DNA of 64,000 bases from Candidatus Latescibacterota bacterium. GTDB taxonomy: Bacteria > Latescibacterota > UBA2968. Positions 25,944 to 34,670 of the stretch are shown piece by piece. The stretch is taken from assembly GCA_965204375.1 (NCBI GenBank), contig OZ241986.1, positions 3,520,001 to 3,584,000 on the forward strand, written 5' to 3'. The translations under genes were made by a program, and so were the position numbers. The notes under the pieces were generated by a model. The model was not told the DNA's origin and did not search any database. It saw only the letters and a program-made list of their open reading frames with translations. How positions within the stretch are numbered: the first letter of the stretch is position 1; the number at the start of each line of letters is the position of its first letter.

Positions 25944-28900
25944 ATGGCAAAAATGACGACGCAATTAACGAAAGCAGTTGAAATCTACTTCAATGACCTG
26001 CAACGGATTCGCGCATTAGGAGGGGGAACTGGAGAGCGGTCATTCTACGGACCGCTTGCCAACCTGCTGAACGCCATAGGGGACACGCTCAAGCCGAAGG
26101 TGTCTTGCGTGATCGAGTTAGCTGATCAAGGTGCAGGCCATCCCGATCTTGGTCTTTATGCGGCACGTCAGATGCAAAAGGGCCAACCACGCGAAGGGCA
26201 AGTACCAGAATGCGGTGTGATTGAGGTGAAACCCGCGGGCGATGACACATGGATGGTCGCAAAGGGCGATCAAGTGAGTCGTTATTGGGAACGCTATCGC
26301 CTCGTGCTGGTGACCAATACCCATGACTTTATACTCGTTGGCGAGGATTTGGAGGGACGTCCGGCCAAACTCGAAACGTTCCGACTGGCCGAAAACGCGG
26401 AGGAATTCGAACGCCTTCTGGAGACGCCGCACGGCTTTGCGGATAAAGTTGGCGCGCGTTTTGGCGAGTATCTGTGCCGAGCACTATCGCATCGCGCACG
26501 TCTGACCGAACCAAAGGATCTTGCATGGCTGCTCGCCTCGTATGCACGGGATGCCCTCAGTCGCGTTGAGGCGTCAAATGACACATCAGCATTGACCGTC
26601 GTGCGCCTGGAACTTGAGAATGCCCTTGGCGTCCGATTTGAGGGTGATCGCGGTACGCGCTTCTTCCACTCAACGCTGGTACAAACGCTGTTCTATGGTG
26701 TCTTCTCTGCCTGGGTACTGTGGACACGACAAACCCCGCCGCCAGATAAACCATTTAATTGGCACGAAGCGGTTTGGCATTTGCGCGTACCCGTCTTGAG
26801 GGTACTGTTTCAACAACTCTCTGACCCAGGACGCCTGCGACCACTCGGCCTTGTCGAGGTGCTCGACTGGACCGCAGATGCTCTTGACCGCGTGGATCAG
26901 GCCGCCTTCTTCGCTCACTTCAACGAGGGCGAAGCAGTGCCCTATTTCTACGAGCCGTTTTTGGAAGCCTTTGATCCCGCACTTCGAAAGCAATTGGGCG
27001 TTTGGTACACGCCAACCGAAGTGGTGCGCTACATGGTTGCCCGTGTCGATAAGGCACTTAAAGACGACCTCGGCATCGCAGATGGACTCGCTGCAGAAAA
27101 CGTCTATGTGCTCGATCCGTGTTGCGGCACCGGCGCATATCTGGCAGAAGTGCTACACCGCATTGCCAATAATATGGAAAGCCGAGGTCTGGGTGCGCTC
27201 ACTGGCGCAAGGATAAAACAGGCCGCGCTGGAACGGGTATTTGGTTTTGAGATCATGCCCGCGCCATTTGTCGTAGCGCATTTGCAGGTCGGGCTGACGA
27301 TGCAGGCACTTGACGCACCATTGGCTGATGATGAAACAGAACGCCCCAGTATCTTCCTCACTAACGCGCTAACCGGATGGGAACCTGAATGGGATCCAGA
27401 AAAGATAAGGCCACAGCTATTTCCAGAACTGAAAGAAGAACACGACCGCGCCGAGGAAGTGAAGCGAAAAACGCCTATCCTCGTAATCCTCGGCAATCCA
27501 CCCTATAACCGATATCCCGGTGTGGGCATGAGTGAGGAACGGGCACTAACGTTGGCTTACCGCGCTCCCAAACGAGTGGAATTATTAGAAAAGAAAGCCT
27601 TAAACGATCTCTACATTAGATTTTTTCGCATGGCTGAACGGCGCATCGCAGAGAACACAGGTCAAGGCATTGTCTGTTTCATCTCTAATTATTCCTGGCT
27701 CGATGGATTAGCGTTTGCCGGCATGAGAGAACGCTACTTAGAGGCATTCGACGCGGTCCGAATTGACTGTCTGAACGGCGATAAATACAAGACGGGTAAA
27801 GTGGCACCCGATGGCTCGCCGGACCCAAGCATCTTCTCAACGCCTAGCAATCCCGCGGGCATTCAGGTCGGAACCGCCATAACTACACTGGTTCGTAGAG
27901 TAGATCACACACCGTCGCGTGCAATCGGTTTTCGCCATCTATGGGGGCAAACGAAGCGCAAGAAACTATTGGATACAGCAGAATCGGAACCAGATGATCT
28001 ATACACCAACATCGTGCCAGTTCTTCCGCTTGGCTTACCTTTCGGATCAATGGCAGTCAGCGAAGAATGGTTCGACTGGCCTGCGTTACCCGATCTGTTT
28101 CCGGTTTTCTTTTCGGGAGCAAATACGAACCGAGACCCGTTTCTCGTTGATATCGATCTCGGCCAGCTTAAGCATCGCCTAATTGATTACTTCAATCCTG
28201 TCTTGAATCACGATGAGATTGCTAGACGCTACCCGGCGATTATGAAGCCCTTGAGTTATTTTGATGCGATAGCAACGCGAGAGACATTGCTTCGACGTGG
28301 AGGCCCGACCCCAACAGGCTTTATTCCTTATACTTATCGTCCCTTCGATACCCGCTGGCTCTACTGGGAGGCAGATACAAAGCTACTGAATGACAAACGC
28401 GCCGATTACTTGTCACAGGTATTCGAAGACAACTTATGGTTATCTGCCGCCAAGCATCTACGCAAACACCCAAAAGAGCCGCAAGCCTGTTTTGCACAAC
28501 ATCTATCTTCGCTTCACCTTATAGAACGAGGGGCAAACATGTTCCCCGCCTACCTCCGTTACGCTGAAAAAGGAAACGACAGCAACTCCGCACAACTCAG
28601 GCCCAATGTGACTATCGAGGCAGGGAACTATCTCAGATATCTTGACGCAAGTGTGGATGACTTGTTCTACCATGTTCTCGCTGTGCTCCACAATCCTACC
28701 TACCGTGAAGCCAATGCGGATGGATTACGCATGGGCTGGCCGCGCATTCCACTGCCTGGCTGGCCCGATGGCAAGGCTGAAGGTACGGCGGATGCCCTTG
28801 TCCAATCGGCAGCGCGAGGGCGCGAACTGGCTCGACTACTTGATCCTGAAGCACCGGTACGGGGCGTTACCCACGGTGGTTTGCGTCCAGAAATCGCCGC

Positions 28901-29309
28901 CATTGCCGTGCCTACGACCAGCGATGGACGCAATATGACTGGCGATGATTTTGCAGTAACAGCAGGGTGGGGACATTTCGGATCAGGCCAAGCCGTGATG
29001 CCGGGTAAGGGACGAGCTATTGAACGCGACTACACGCGAGACGAGCGCATTGCGCTGGGTGATGCCATACTCACGCTTGGCGAAACTACTTTCGATATCT
29101 ACCTGAATGACCGCGCCTACTGGCGCAACATCCCCGCCGCGATTTGGGACTATAAGCTCGGTGGGTATCAGGTGCTAAAAAAATGGCTATCGTATCGGGA
29201 ACATAAAGTTCTTGATCGGGCATTGACGCCGGAGGAAGTCCAGTACTTTGCGGATACGGCGAGAAGGATTGGAGCGATATTGCTGATGACAGCGCGAGAT
29301 ATTTCGTGA
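25944..29309 (+). CDS. Single-chain restriction-modification enzyme (PD-(D/E)XK nuclease + N6-adenine MTase + type ISP-like specificity domain)
   Basis: HPDLG..GVIEVK, GVWYTP, VLDPCCGTG, GNPPY, YRPFD.RWLY, GGYQVLKKWLSYR. No helicase motifs seen. Confidence 0.9.
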   Translation: MAKMTTQLTKAVEIYFNDLQRIRALGGGTGERSFYGPLANLLNAIGDTLKPKVSCVIELADQGAGHPDLGLYAARQMQKGQPREGQVPECGVIEVKPAGDDTWMVAKGDQVSRYWERYRLVLVTNTHDFILVGEDLEGRPAKLETFRLAENAEEFERLLETPHGFADKVGARFGEYLCRALSHRARLTEPKDLAWLLASYARDALSRVEASNDTSALTVVRLELENALGVRFEGDRGTRFFHSTLVQTLFYGVFSAWVLWTRQTPPPDKPFNWHEAVWHLRVPVLRVLFQQLSDPGRLRPLGLVEVLDWTADALDRVDQAAFFAHFNEGEAVPYFYEPFLEAFDPALRKQLGVWYTPTEVVRYMVARVDKALKDDLGIADGLAAENVYVLDPCCGTGAYLAEVLHRIANNMESRGLGALTGARIKQAALERVFGFEIMPAPFVVAHLQVGLTMQALDAPLADDETERPSIFLTNALTGWEPEWDPEKIRPQLFPELKEEHDRAEEVKRKTPILVILGNPPYNRYPGVGMSEERALTLAYRAPKRVELLEKKALNDLYIRFFRMAERRIAENTGQGIVCFISNYSWLDGLAFAGMRERYLEAFDAVRIDCLNGDKYKTGKVAPDGSPDPSIFSTPSNPAGIQVGTAITTLVRRVDHTPSRAIGFRHLWGQTKRKKLLDTAESEPDDLYTNIVPVLPLGLPFGSMAVSEEWFDWPALPDLFPVFFSGANTNRDPFLVDIDLGQLKHRLIDYFNPVLNHDEIARRYPAIMKPLSYFDAIATRETLLRRGGPTPTGFIPYTYRPFDTRWLYWEADTKLLNDKRADYLSQVFEDNLWLSAAKHLRKHPKEPQACFAQHLSSLHLIERGANMFPAYLRYAEKGNDSNSAQLRPNVTIEAGNYLRYLDASVDDLFYHVLAVLHNPTYREANADGLRMGWPRIPLPGWPDGKAEGTADALVQSAARGRELARLLDPEAPVRGVTHGGLRPEIAAIAVPTTSDGRNMTGDDFAVTAGWGHFGSGQAVMPGKGRAIERDYTRDERIALGDAILTLGETTFDIYLNDRAYWRNIPAAIWDYKLGGYQVLKKWLSYREHKVLDRALTPEEVQYFADTARRIGAILLMTARDIS

Positions 29310-29316
29310 GTCTTAG

Positions 29317-30783
29317 CTACACTGATCCCTCTGAGGGATTTTGATATTCAAATCCGAGATTATTGCGAAGGACGTCATTGTTATTTGCTATGGACTTAAT
29401 AAATTTGCTATCCATCCCAATTAAGTGCAGAAAATGCAACTGAAATAGAGCTTCAAGTTTTATGCACAATTTCCATAAGTCCTCTCCACTGGATGCTTTG
29501 TTCTCAAGACTGCTGTCGTAATGTGTCAAATAGTTTCTTGTATCAACCACCTTGCCAATGAAAGAATCACGCTTTCTTGCATTTCCAAACAAGTCTCTAA
29601 ATGGTTCAATCATTTGTTTTATTCGCTTTCGCAATGAAAGCTCATTGGCATATTTCAGTTTTTCATCTATCCATTGCCTTTGCCCATCATCTGGGATAGC
29701 AGTCAATATCGTGTCTATGAGATTGCGAAACTCATCCTCCGACATTTGAGTTTCTTGAGAATTTCTTCTGTGTAGCGTTTCTATACCCTGCGCGAGCGAT
29801 AAGAACTTTCCCTCCAGATATTTGTGACCACCAGACCTGGAAGCAAAATACAGGTTGAATGCAGGCTTTGAAGTCTCGTAGTTCTCAAACCATTTGATCA
29901 GAATTTCTTCGAGTTGATCAGCTACGTTACCATATCCAAAAAACATATTATGCGGATGGATCCTTAGTTTTGTCTCAGAATTTGGCTCGCTTTGATCATA
30001 AATTCTTATGGGGATTTCACGCGTCTTACCATATTCAATTTCTTGCGTGATTTCTTTTGAGTAGCCAGTGACAGAATCTATAGAAACGGTCTTATCAATT
30101 GCAAAACACAGGAAGTTATGGAGCTTGAAGACCAGGTCCAAAAAATATTCAAGAGACCGCATTTTTTTCGATTTCAAAGATATATACGCCTTCTGAGTAA
30201 TATGTCCTTCGGTAAAACCAAGAGAATGAGTCAATCTAAAAAAAAATTTTAATTCAATTCCATCTGGAAGATTAAGCGCGATTTCTTTAGGAAAACGAAA
30301 ATGTATCGAATGGCTCCCTTCCTCCCAATTGCGTTCTGTCTGAAACCCGGAAAACGAGAGCCACTCATCAAGCCCCTCCATAGAAAATTCAAGCGTTGAG
30401 AAAGCAATTTCCTCTCCTTCATCGTAATTGACTCCGATGAATGCACGAGTGGCATGGATAGTTGAGGTTGATACACCGACGGCTAACAAATCTAGTGGCC
30501 AATTGTCATAGAGGCATTTGTCTAACGTAATTAAGTCATTATCAGTTATCCCTACAATGCGATTTATCCTATTTTCCGATCTATTTAGGGTCACATTCAA
30601 TCTATCTGGTGCTCCCCCCAAGCGGCGTTTGTTGAATGCGTAAAACCGAGATTCACTAAATTGGCTGACCTCAACCGTTATCTCTCCTGACTCGGAAATG
30701 CGGAGAATCCCTGGTATTTTGTTTTCGGCATCATCTGGCAACCAGAAAAACCCATGTTTTTCTATTGGCTCAGGAAGTCGCAT
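29317..30783 (-). CDS. ApeA-like N-terminal domain + HEPN ribonuclease
   Basis: GFFWLP..IPGIL start, FLSLAQGIETLHR, NELSLRKRIK, TRNYLTH (RxxxxH); AT-rich; SD AAGGAG. Confidence 0.85.
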   Translation of the reverse strand: MRLPEPIEKHGFFWLPDDAENKIPGILRISESGEITVEVSQFSESRFYAFNKRRLGGAPDRLNVTLNRSENRINRIVGITDNDLITLDKCLYDNWPLDLLAVGVSTSTIHATRAFIGVNYDEGEEIAFSTLEFSMEGLDEWLSFSGFQTERNWEEGSHSIHFRFPKEIALNLPDGIELKFFFRLTHSLGFTEGHITQKAYISLKSKKMRSLEYFLDLVFKLHNFLCFAIDKTVSIDSVTGYSKEITQEIEYGKTREIPIRIYDQSEPNSETKLRIHPHNMFFGYGNVADQLEEILIKWFENYETSKPAFNLYFASRSGGHKYLEGKFLSLAQGIETLHRRNSQETQMSEDEFRNLIDTILTAIPDDGQRQWIDEKLKYANELSLRKRIKQMIEPFRDLFGNARKRDSFIGKVVDTRNYLTHYDSSLENKASSGEDLWKLCIKLEALFQLHFLHLIGMDSKFIKSIANNNDVLRNNLGFEYQNPSEGSV

Positions 30784-30832
30784 AGTAAATTCTCCTTGTA
30801 ATAAATATACCTGATTTGCTATATTGTGTGTT

Positions 30833-31159
30833 ATGAGATGGACAGTAGAGACTCTAAATGCCACTGTAGATAAAGAGCTTGACGCCTTGCCCAATGATAT
30901 GCGTGCTCGTTTTGTACGCATCAGTGAGTTGATCGCTGCGGTCGGTTTGGAGCGCGTTGGCGCACCCTATGTCAAGCACTTGACCGGCCCGCTTTGGGAA
31001 ATGCGCATGAGAAGTAAAGATGGGATATCGCGTGCGCTATATGTTACTATTCGAGACAAAAGAGTCATAGTGGTACGGGTCTTTATCAAAAAGACACAGA
31101 AGACGCCGCGCCGGGAGATTGACCTGGCATTACAACGCGCAAAGGAGATCAGAGAATGA
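30833..31159 (+). CDS. higB: RelE/HigB-family toxin
   Basis: PYVKHLTGPLWEMR, RALY, FIKKTQKTPRREIDLA; toxin-first order. Confidence 0.85.
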   Translation: MRWTVETLNATVDKELDALPNDMRARFVRISELIAAVGLERVGAPYVKHLTGPLWEMRMRSKDGISRALYVTIRDKRVIVVRVFIKKTQKTPRREIDLALQRAKEIRE

Positions 31160-31446
31160 GTAAAGTAAGTGACTTGCACAAGAAATGGAGCCATGACCCA
31201 GAATACCGGGCGGCCTATGAAGAACTCGGCCTGGAGTTTGACCTGGCCCGTGTGCTGATTGAGGCCCGCATTGGTGCCAAGCTCACGCAAGCGCAACTTG
31301 CTGAGCGCATGAAGACAACGCAATCGGTCATTGCGCGGCTTGAGAGTGGGCGCGTTCACCCATCCACCAAAACATTGCAAAAAATCGCTCAGGCCACTGG
31401 TACCCGACTCAAAATTAGTTTTGAAACCACCGGCACCCCAAACTGA
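31156..31446 (+). CDS. higA: XRE-family HTH antitoxin
   Basis: LTQAQLAERMKTTQSVIARLESG; ATGA overlap with the toxin. Confidence 0.85.
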   Translation: MSKVSDLHKKWSHDPEYRAAYEELGLEFDLARVLIEARIGAKLTQAQLAERMKTTQSVIARLESGRVHPSTKTLQKIAQATGTRLKISFETTGTPN

Positions 31447-31527
31447 GCCAAGCGTCTTCGGAATGTCTTTCCAGCCTTAAGTCCTCAATAATCGTGTTCA
31501 TATTCGGGTACGTGTCAATGCCTTCGA

Positions 31528-32199
31528 TCATGTCCTGGTACCAGAATAACTCATAAGCTCTTGAACTTTCTGCCGAAAATAGCGAAAACTGGGCGATTTG
31601 TTGTTCTTTACATTCATGAGTGGAGCGATGTTCGTTGCCCATATCGACTTTTCCCTACCAACCGCTCTCCATCCCTTCCTTGTCAGTCCCGTTGCACCGC
31701 CTTGAAATATGGCGTCCGCCAGGAGTTCCCAGGTACCGCAAACAGCGTCATTTTTATAACCGTTCAGGACATTGTCCCTAGCATTTGGGTAAGCGGTCTT
31801 GATCGCAGGAATATCGCCAAGTAACCAGGCTTCCCCTTCTTCTATGGCAATACAAAACCGGGTCTCTGGCCTGGGATTACACGCATTCAGAACTCTGAAA
31901 AGTTCCTGACGAAATATTTTCAGACACTTATCATCCAGATCGCAAACCACAATCACTGCTGCTGGGTAGTTATCGGGATAGCCTGCAAATGTCTTTCCAT
32001 ATCCCCTGAGCAACCTGAGAAGTTGGTCGAGCAAAATGCGCTTACTCGCATCGGTACTGCTCTTGAGATTTTTGGGAATATGGCCGATTCCTCTGTATGC
32101 ATGAACCTTAAACGAATGCTCGGGTCCAATAATCTTTGGAATCAAAATATCGAGTGCCTTTTTGCCAGACTGATCTTCGACGAGCACTTCAAAATGCAT
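31528..32199 (-). CDS. DUF4276-like (TOPRIM-like) protein
   Basis: EVLVEDQSG, VVCDLDD, IEEGEAWLLGD, NKSPSF. Confidence 0.8.
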   Translation of the reverse strand: MHFEVLVEDQSGKKALDILIPKIIGPEHSFKVHAYRGIGHIPKNLKSSTDASKRILLDQLLRLLRGYGKTFAGYPDNYPAAVIVVCDLDDKCLKIFRQELFRVLNACNPRPETRFCIAIEEGEAWLLGDIPAIKTAYPNARDNVLNGYKNDAVCGTWELLADAIFQGGATGLTRKGWRAVGREKSIWATNIAPLMNVKNNKSPSFRYFRQKVQELMSYSGTRT

Positions 32200-32203
32200 C
32201 CAA

Positions 32204-33430
32204 TCACCTCTCGTCGAAATAATCGCTGTACCAGAGGCCTCCTAATGGCAATCCCTCTGCAACCATGTTATTCACGACGGGATCATCACTTGCTCGGCGA
32301 ATCGTCGAAAAACCATCGTCACCTTTTTCCAGAATCCAGACCTCATCCGGCTCCAAGGCATTGACAAAGTATGGTTGGTGCGTGGTAATAAAAACCTGCG
32401 AACCGCCTGGAGTATCGGCGTGTTCGCGAAATTCATTAGCCAGAGTCTCCAGGAGTTTGTGATACAGGCCATTCTCCGGTTCTTCAATGCAGAGAAATGG
32501 TGGTGGACTCGGATCTTCGAGCAGCAACAGATAGGCAAACACCTTGAGCGTTCCATCGGACACTTGCTGCGCGTAAAAGGGATCTTGAAAGCCCTTGTCA
32601 TTGAACCTGAGCAGCAACCGACCATCACTGGTTCTTTCTGTATCAATCCTGTCTATGCCCGGAATTTTTCCAGCGATATTTTCTAATATAGCCTGAAAAC
32701 GCTCTGGATGTTCACGCTCCATAAATTGCACGACATTACCGAGATTATCGCCATGGATATTGAGACGGTTCTGCGGACCCGCCATAGGCAAACTGCGGGC
32801 TGCATCTGGGGTGAAATAACTCAGATACCATCCCTCAATGAAGCGACGAAAAGCGGAGATTCGCGGATGTTGTTTCAAAGCACCGAGCGTGGCAATACCC
32901 AGCTTCCGATGGTCTTCTAATTCAACAAACTCAGCATCTTTGGGTTGTTTCCCTTCTTTTTTAAACTCGGAAAAATCGAAACCTTCTGCTGTTTTATTTT
33001 CCTTCCAAACAAAGCCCCAACCTTCTCTGAGTACAAGAAAAGATTTGTTCCTATGTATCATACCTTCTTCCAACACATAGGGACGCCCATTCTCGTCTTG
33101 CTCAATGGCGATCTTATAGCCAATAAGCCGGGCATTTTCATGTTCCCTGTAAAACACCTCGAACTCAATAGGGTCTGTTTGTCCATAAGTCCTCAGTTTC
33201 TCGAAGCCACCGCGTCCTCGTGCATCGCAGGCCTCCTCAACGCCGAACTTGAGCGCATCCGAAAGGAATCCAAACGCATCAAATAGGGCACTTTTTCCCA
33301 CGCCATTTTTGCCGATCACTGCTGTCATAGGGGTAAGCAGTTGGGCATCCTGTTGATTCCATAAGGGACCCAGCGTAATATCCTTGAGTACCTTGAAATT
33401 TTTTATTCTAAAGATTTCTATCCTGGCCAT
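32204..33430 (-). CDS. ABC/SMC-like ATPase (AAA_21 type)
   Basis: IKNFK, GKNGVGKS, VSDGT, CIEEPENGLY, ITTHQP. Confidence 0.92.
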   Translation of the reverse strand: MARIEIFRIKNFKVLKDITLGPLWNQQDAQLLTPMTAVIGKNGVGKSALFDAFGFLSDALKFGVEEACDARGRGGFEKLRTYGQTDPIEFEVFYREHENARLIGYKIAIEQDENGRPYVLEEGMIHRNKSFLVLREGWGFVWKENKTAEGFDFSEFKKEGKQPKDAEFVELEDHRKLGIATLGALKQHPRISAFRRFIEGWYLSYFTPDAARSLPMAGPQNRLNIHGDNLGNVVQFMEREHPERFQAILENIAGKIPGIDRIDTERTSDGRLLLRFNDKGFQDPFYAQQVSDGTLKVFAYLLLLEDPSPPPFLCIEEPENGLYHKLLETLANEFREHADTPGGSQVFITTHQPYFVNALEPDEVWILEKGDDGFSTIRRASDDPVVNNMVAEGLPLGGLWYSDYFDER

Positions 33431-33810
33431 TTTACAGTCCTCTTTGGCGTTGTCTTCTTCAAATTTCTATTTTAATAATCGCCGACTCCTTAAAGCTACG
33501 TAACATCAATGATCTAAGCAAAAAAACTCGTAAATGCAAGTTTTAAGGGTCATCTTCAGGCAAAATCGGTCTTGATAAAATTCGGTTCTCAATATATTCT
33601 GATTGTATCTATTACTTAACCAAAGGACCTCGCCATGCCCAGCATCCCCTGGCGGCCCAGAGTTATCCTGTCCGACCAAAGCTTCCGCGGTGTCCTCTTT
33701 GAACCCCTGTGCAGGGGATAGTGGACAATCTGCTACTGTTTTTTATATTGAAAGGCGGTAAGACATAAGAGCCTGCGTTTAACGCCTCGCCTTAAAAGAA
33801 AGGACTCGCA

Positions 33811-34548
33811 ATGGCCGTTGAAACACTTCCACTAACAGCAAATCAGATTGACCAATACCATCGAGACGGTTTTATACTGGCCTCGGGATTAATCCCCGAG
33901 GCTATTGCACGCACGGGCGAAGCCGCAATGTGGGAAGTCATGGACATGGACCCTGACGCCCCGGAAACCTGGGACAACTTTTCGGACGAAGCGAAAGCAT
34001 CCACAGTGCAGGCCGGATTCAAACCCAGATCAAAATTATTCCAATACTTCGGCAACCAACACCCCGACCTCCTCGCCTGTTACACACCCGAAATGATGGC
34101 AGCAATGGCGCAATTGACCGGCGAAAGTATAGATCTCTTTCATCCACCAGACGGCACACTCATACAAAACGTTTTTCCCTCAGATGAAAAATGGGCGTGG
34201 CAAGGGGCGCATTTTGACGGTGGCGTAAAAGCCAAAATGCACAAAACACTCCCCGGCCCATTTATCATCAACTCCATCATCTATCTCAACGACATCGAAA
34301 AACACGGCGGGGGAACAGTCGCGTGGCCCGGATCCCACAAACCCATTCGCGTACTGGCAGAATCCGACCCCGAAAAATACGAATACATGTGGCGGCTATC
34401 ACAAGACCTGCACACCGTCGATATCGGCGACCCCGTAGAACTGGAACCAAAATGCGGTGACATACTGTTCTTCGCTCACTTCTGCGTCCACGCCGCCACC
34501 AATAACGTACGCGACATGCCCCGCCTGGCACTGCGAAGTCGGTGGTAA
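33811..34548 (+). CDS. PhyH-like Fe(II)/2OG dioxygenase
   Basis: QYHRDGF, HFD, WPGSH, GDILF..VH, PRLA. Confidence 0.88.
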   Translation: MAVETLPLTANQIDQYHRDGFILASGLIPEAIARTGEAAMWEVMDMDPDAPETWDNFSDEAKASTVQAGFKPRSKLFQYFGNQHPDLLACYTPEMMAAMAQLTGESIDLFHPPDGTLIQNVFPSDEKWAWQGAHFDGGVKAKMHKTLPGPFIINSIIYLNDIEKHGGGTVAWPGSHKPIRVLAESDPEKYEYMWRLSQDLHTVDIGDPVELEPKCGDILFFAHFCVHAATNNVRDMPRLALRSRW

Positions 34549-34553
34549 AAGGC

Positions 34554-34666
34554 AGGTAAGAAGTGAGAAGTAAGAAGTGAGAAAGCCCCGCTCCACCACC
34601 CAAAAGCTGGTGCCTTATCCCACTTCAACCTTCGACCTTCCCACTTCAACCTTCAACCTTCACACT
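34554..34666. repeat. Two facing arrays of degenerate 7-bp tandem repeats
   Basis: Four ARGTRAG units (34554-34581) and seven TCVMMCT units (34618-34666). Confidence 0.75.
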
Positions 34667-34670
34667 TCTT

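Noticed and set aside
25944-29309. Full type ISP enzyme
   Set aside because: No SF2 helicase motifs and too short; better described as helicase-less, type IIG-like.
33635-33721. 28-aa ORF with SD-like AAGGA
   Set aside because: No family resemblance; may be a remnant or chance.
34554-34666. CRISPR array
   Set aside because: Units are 7 bp, tandem and have no spacers; no cas genes.
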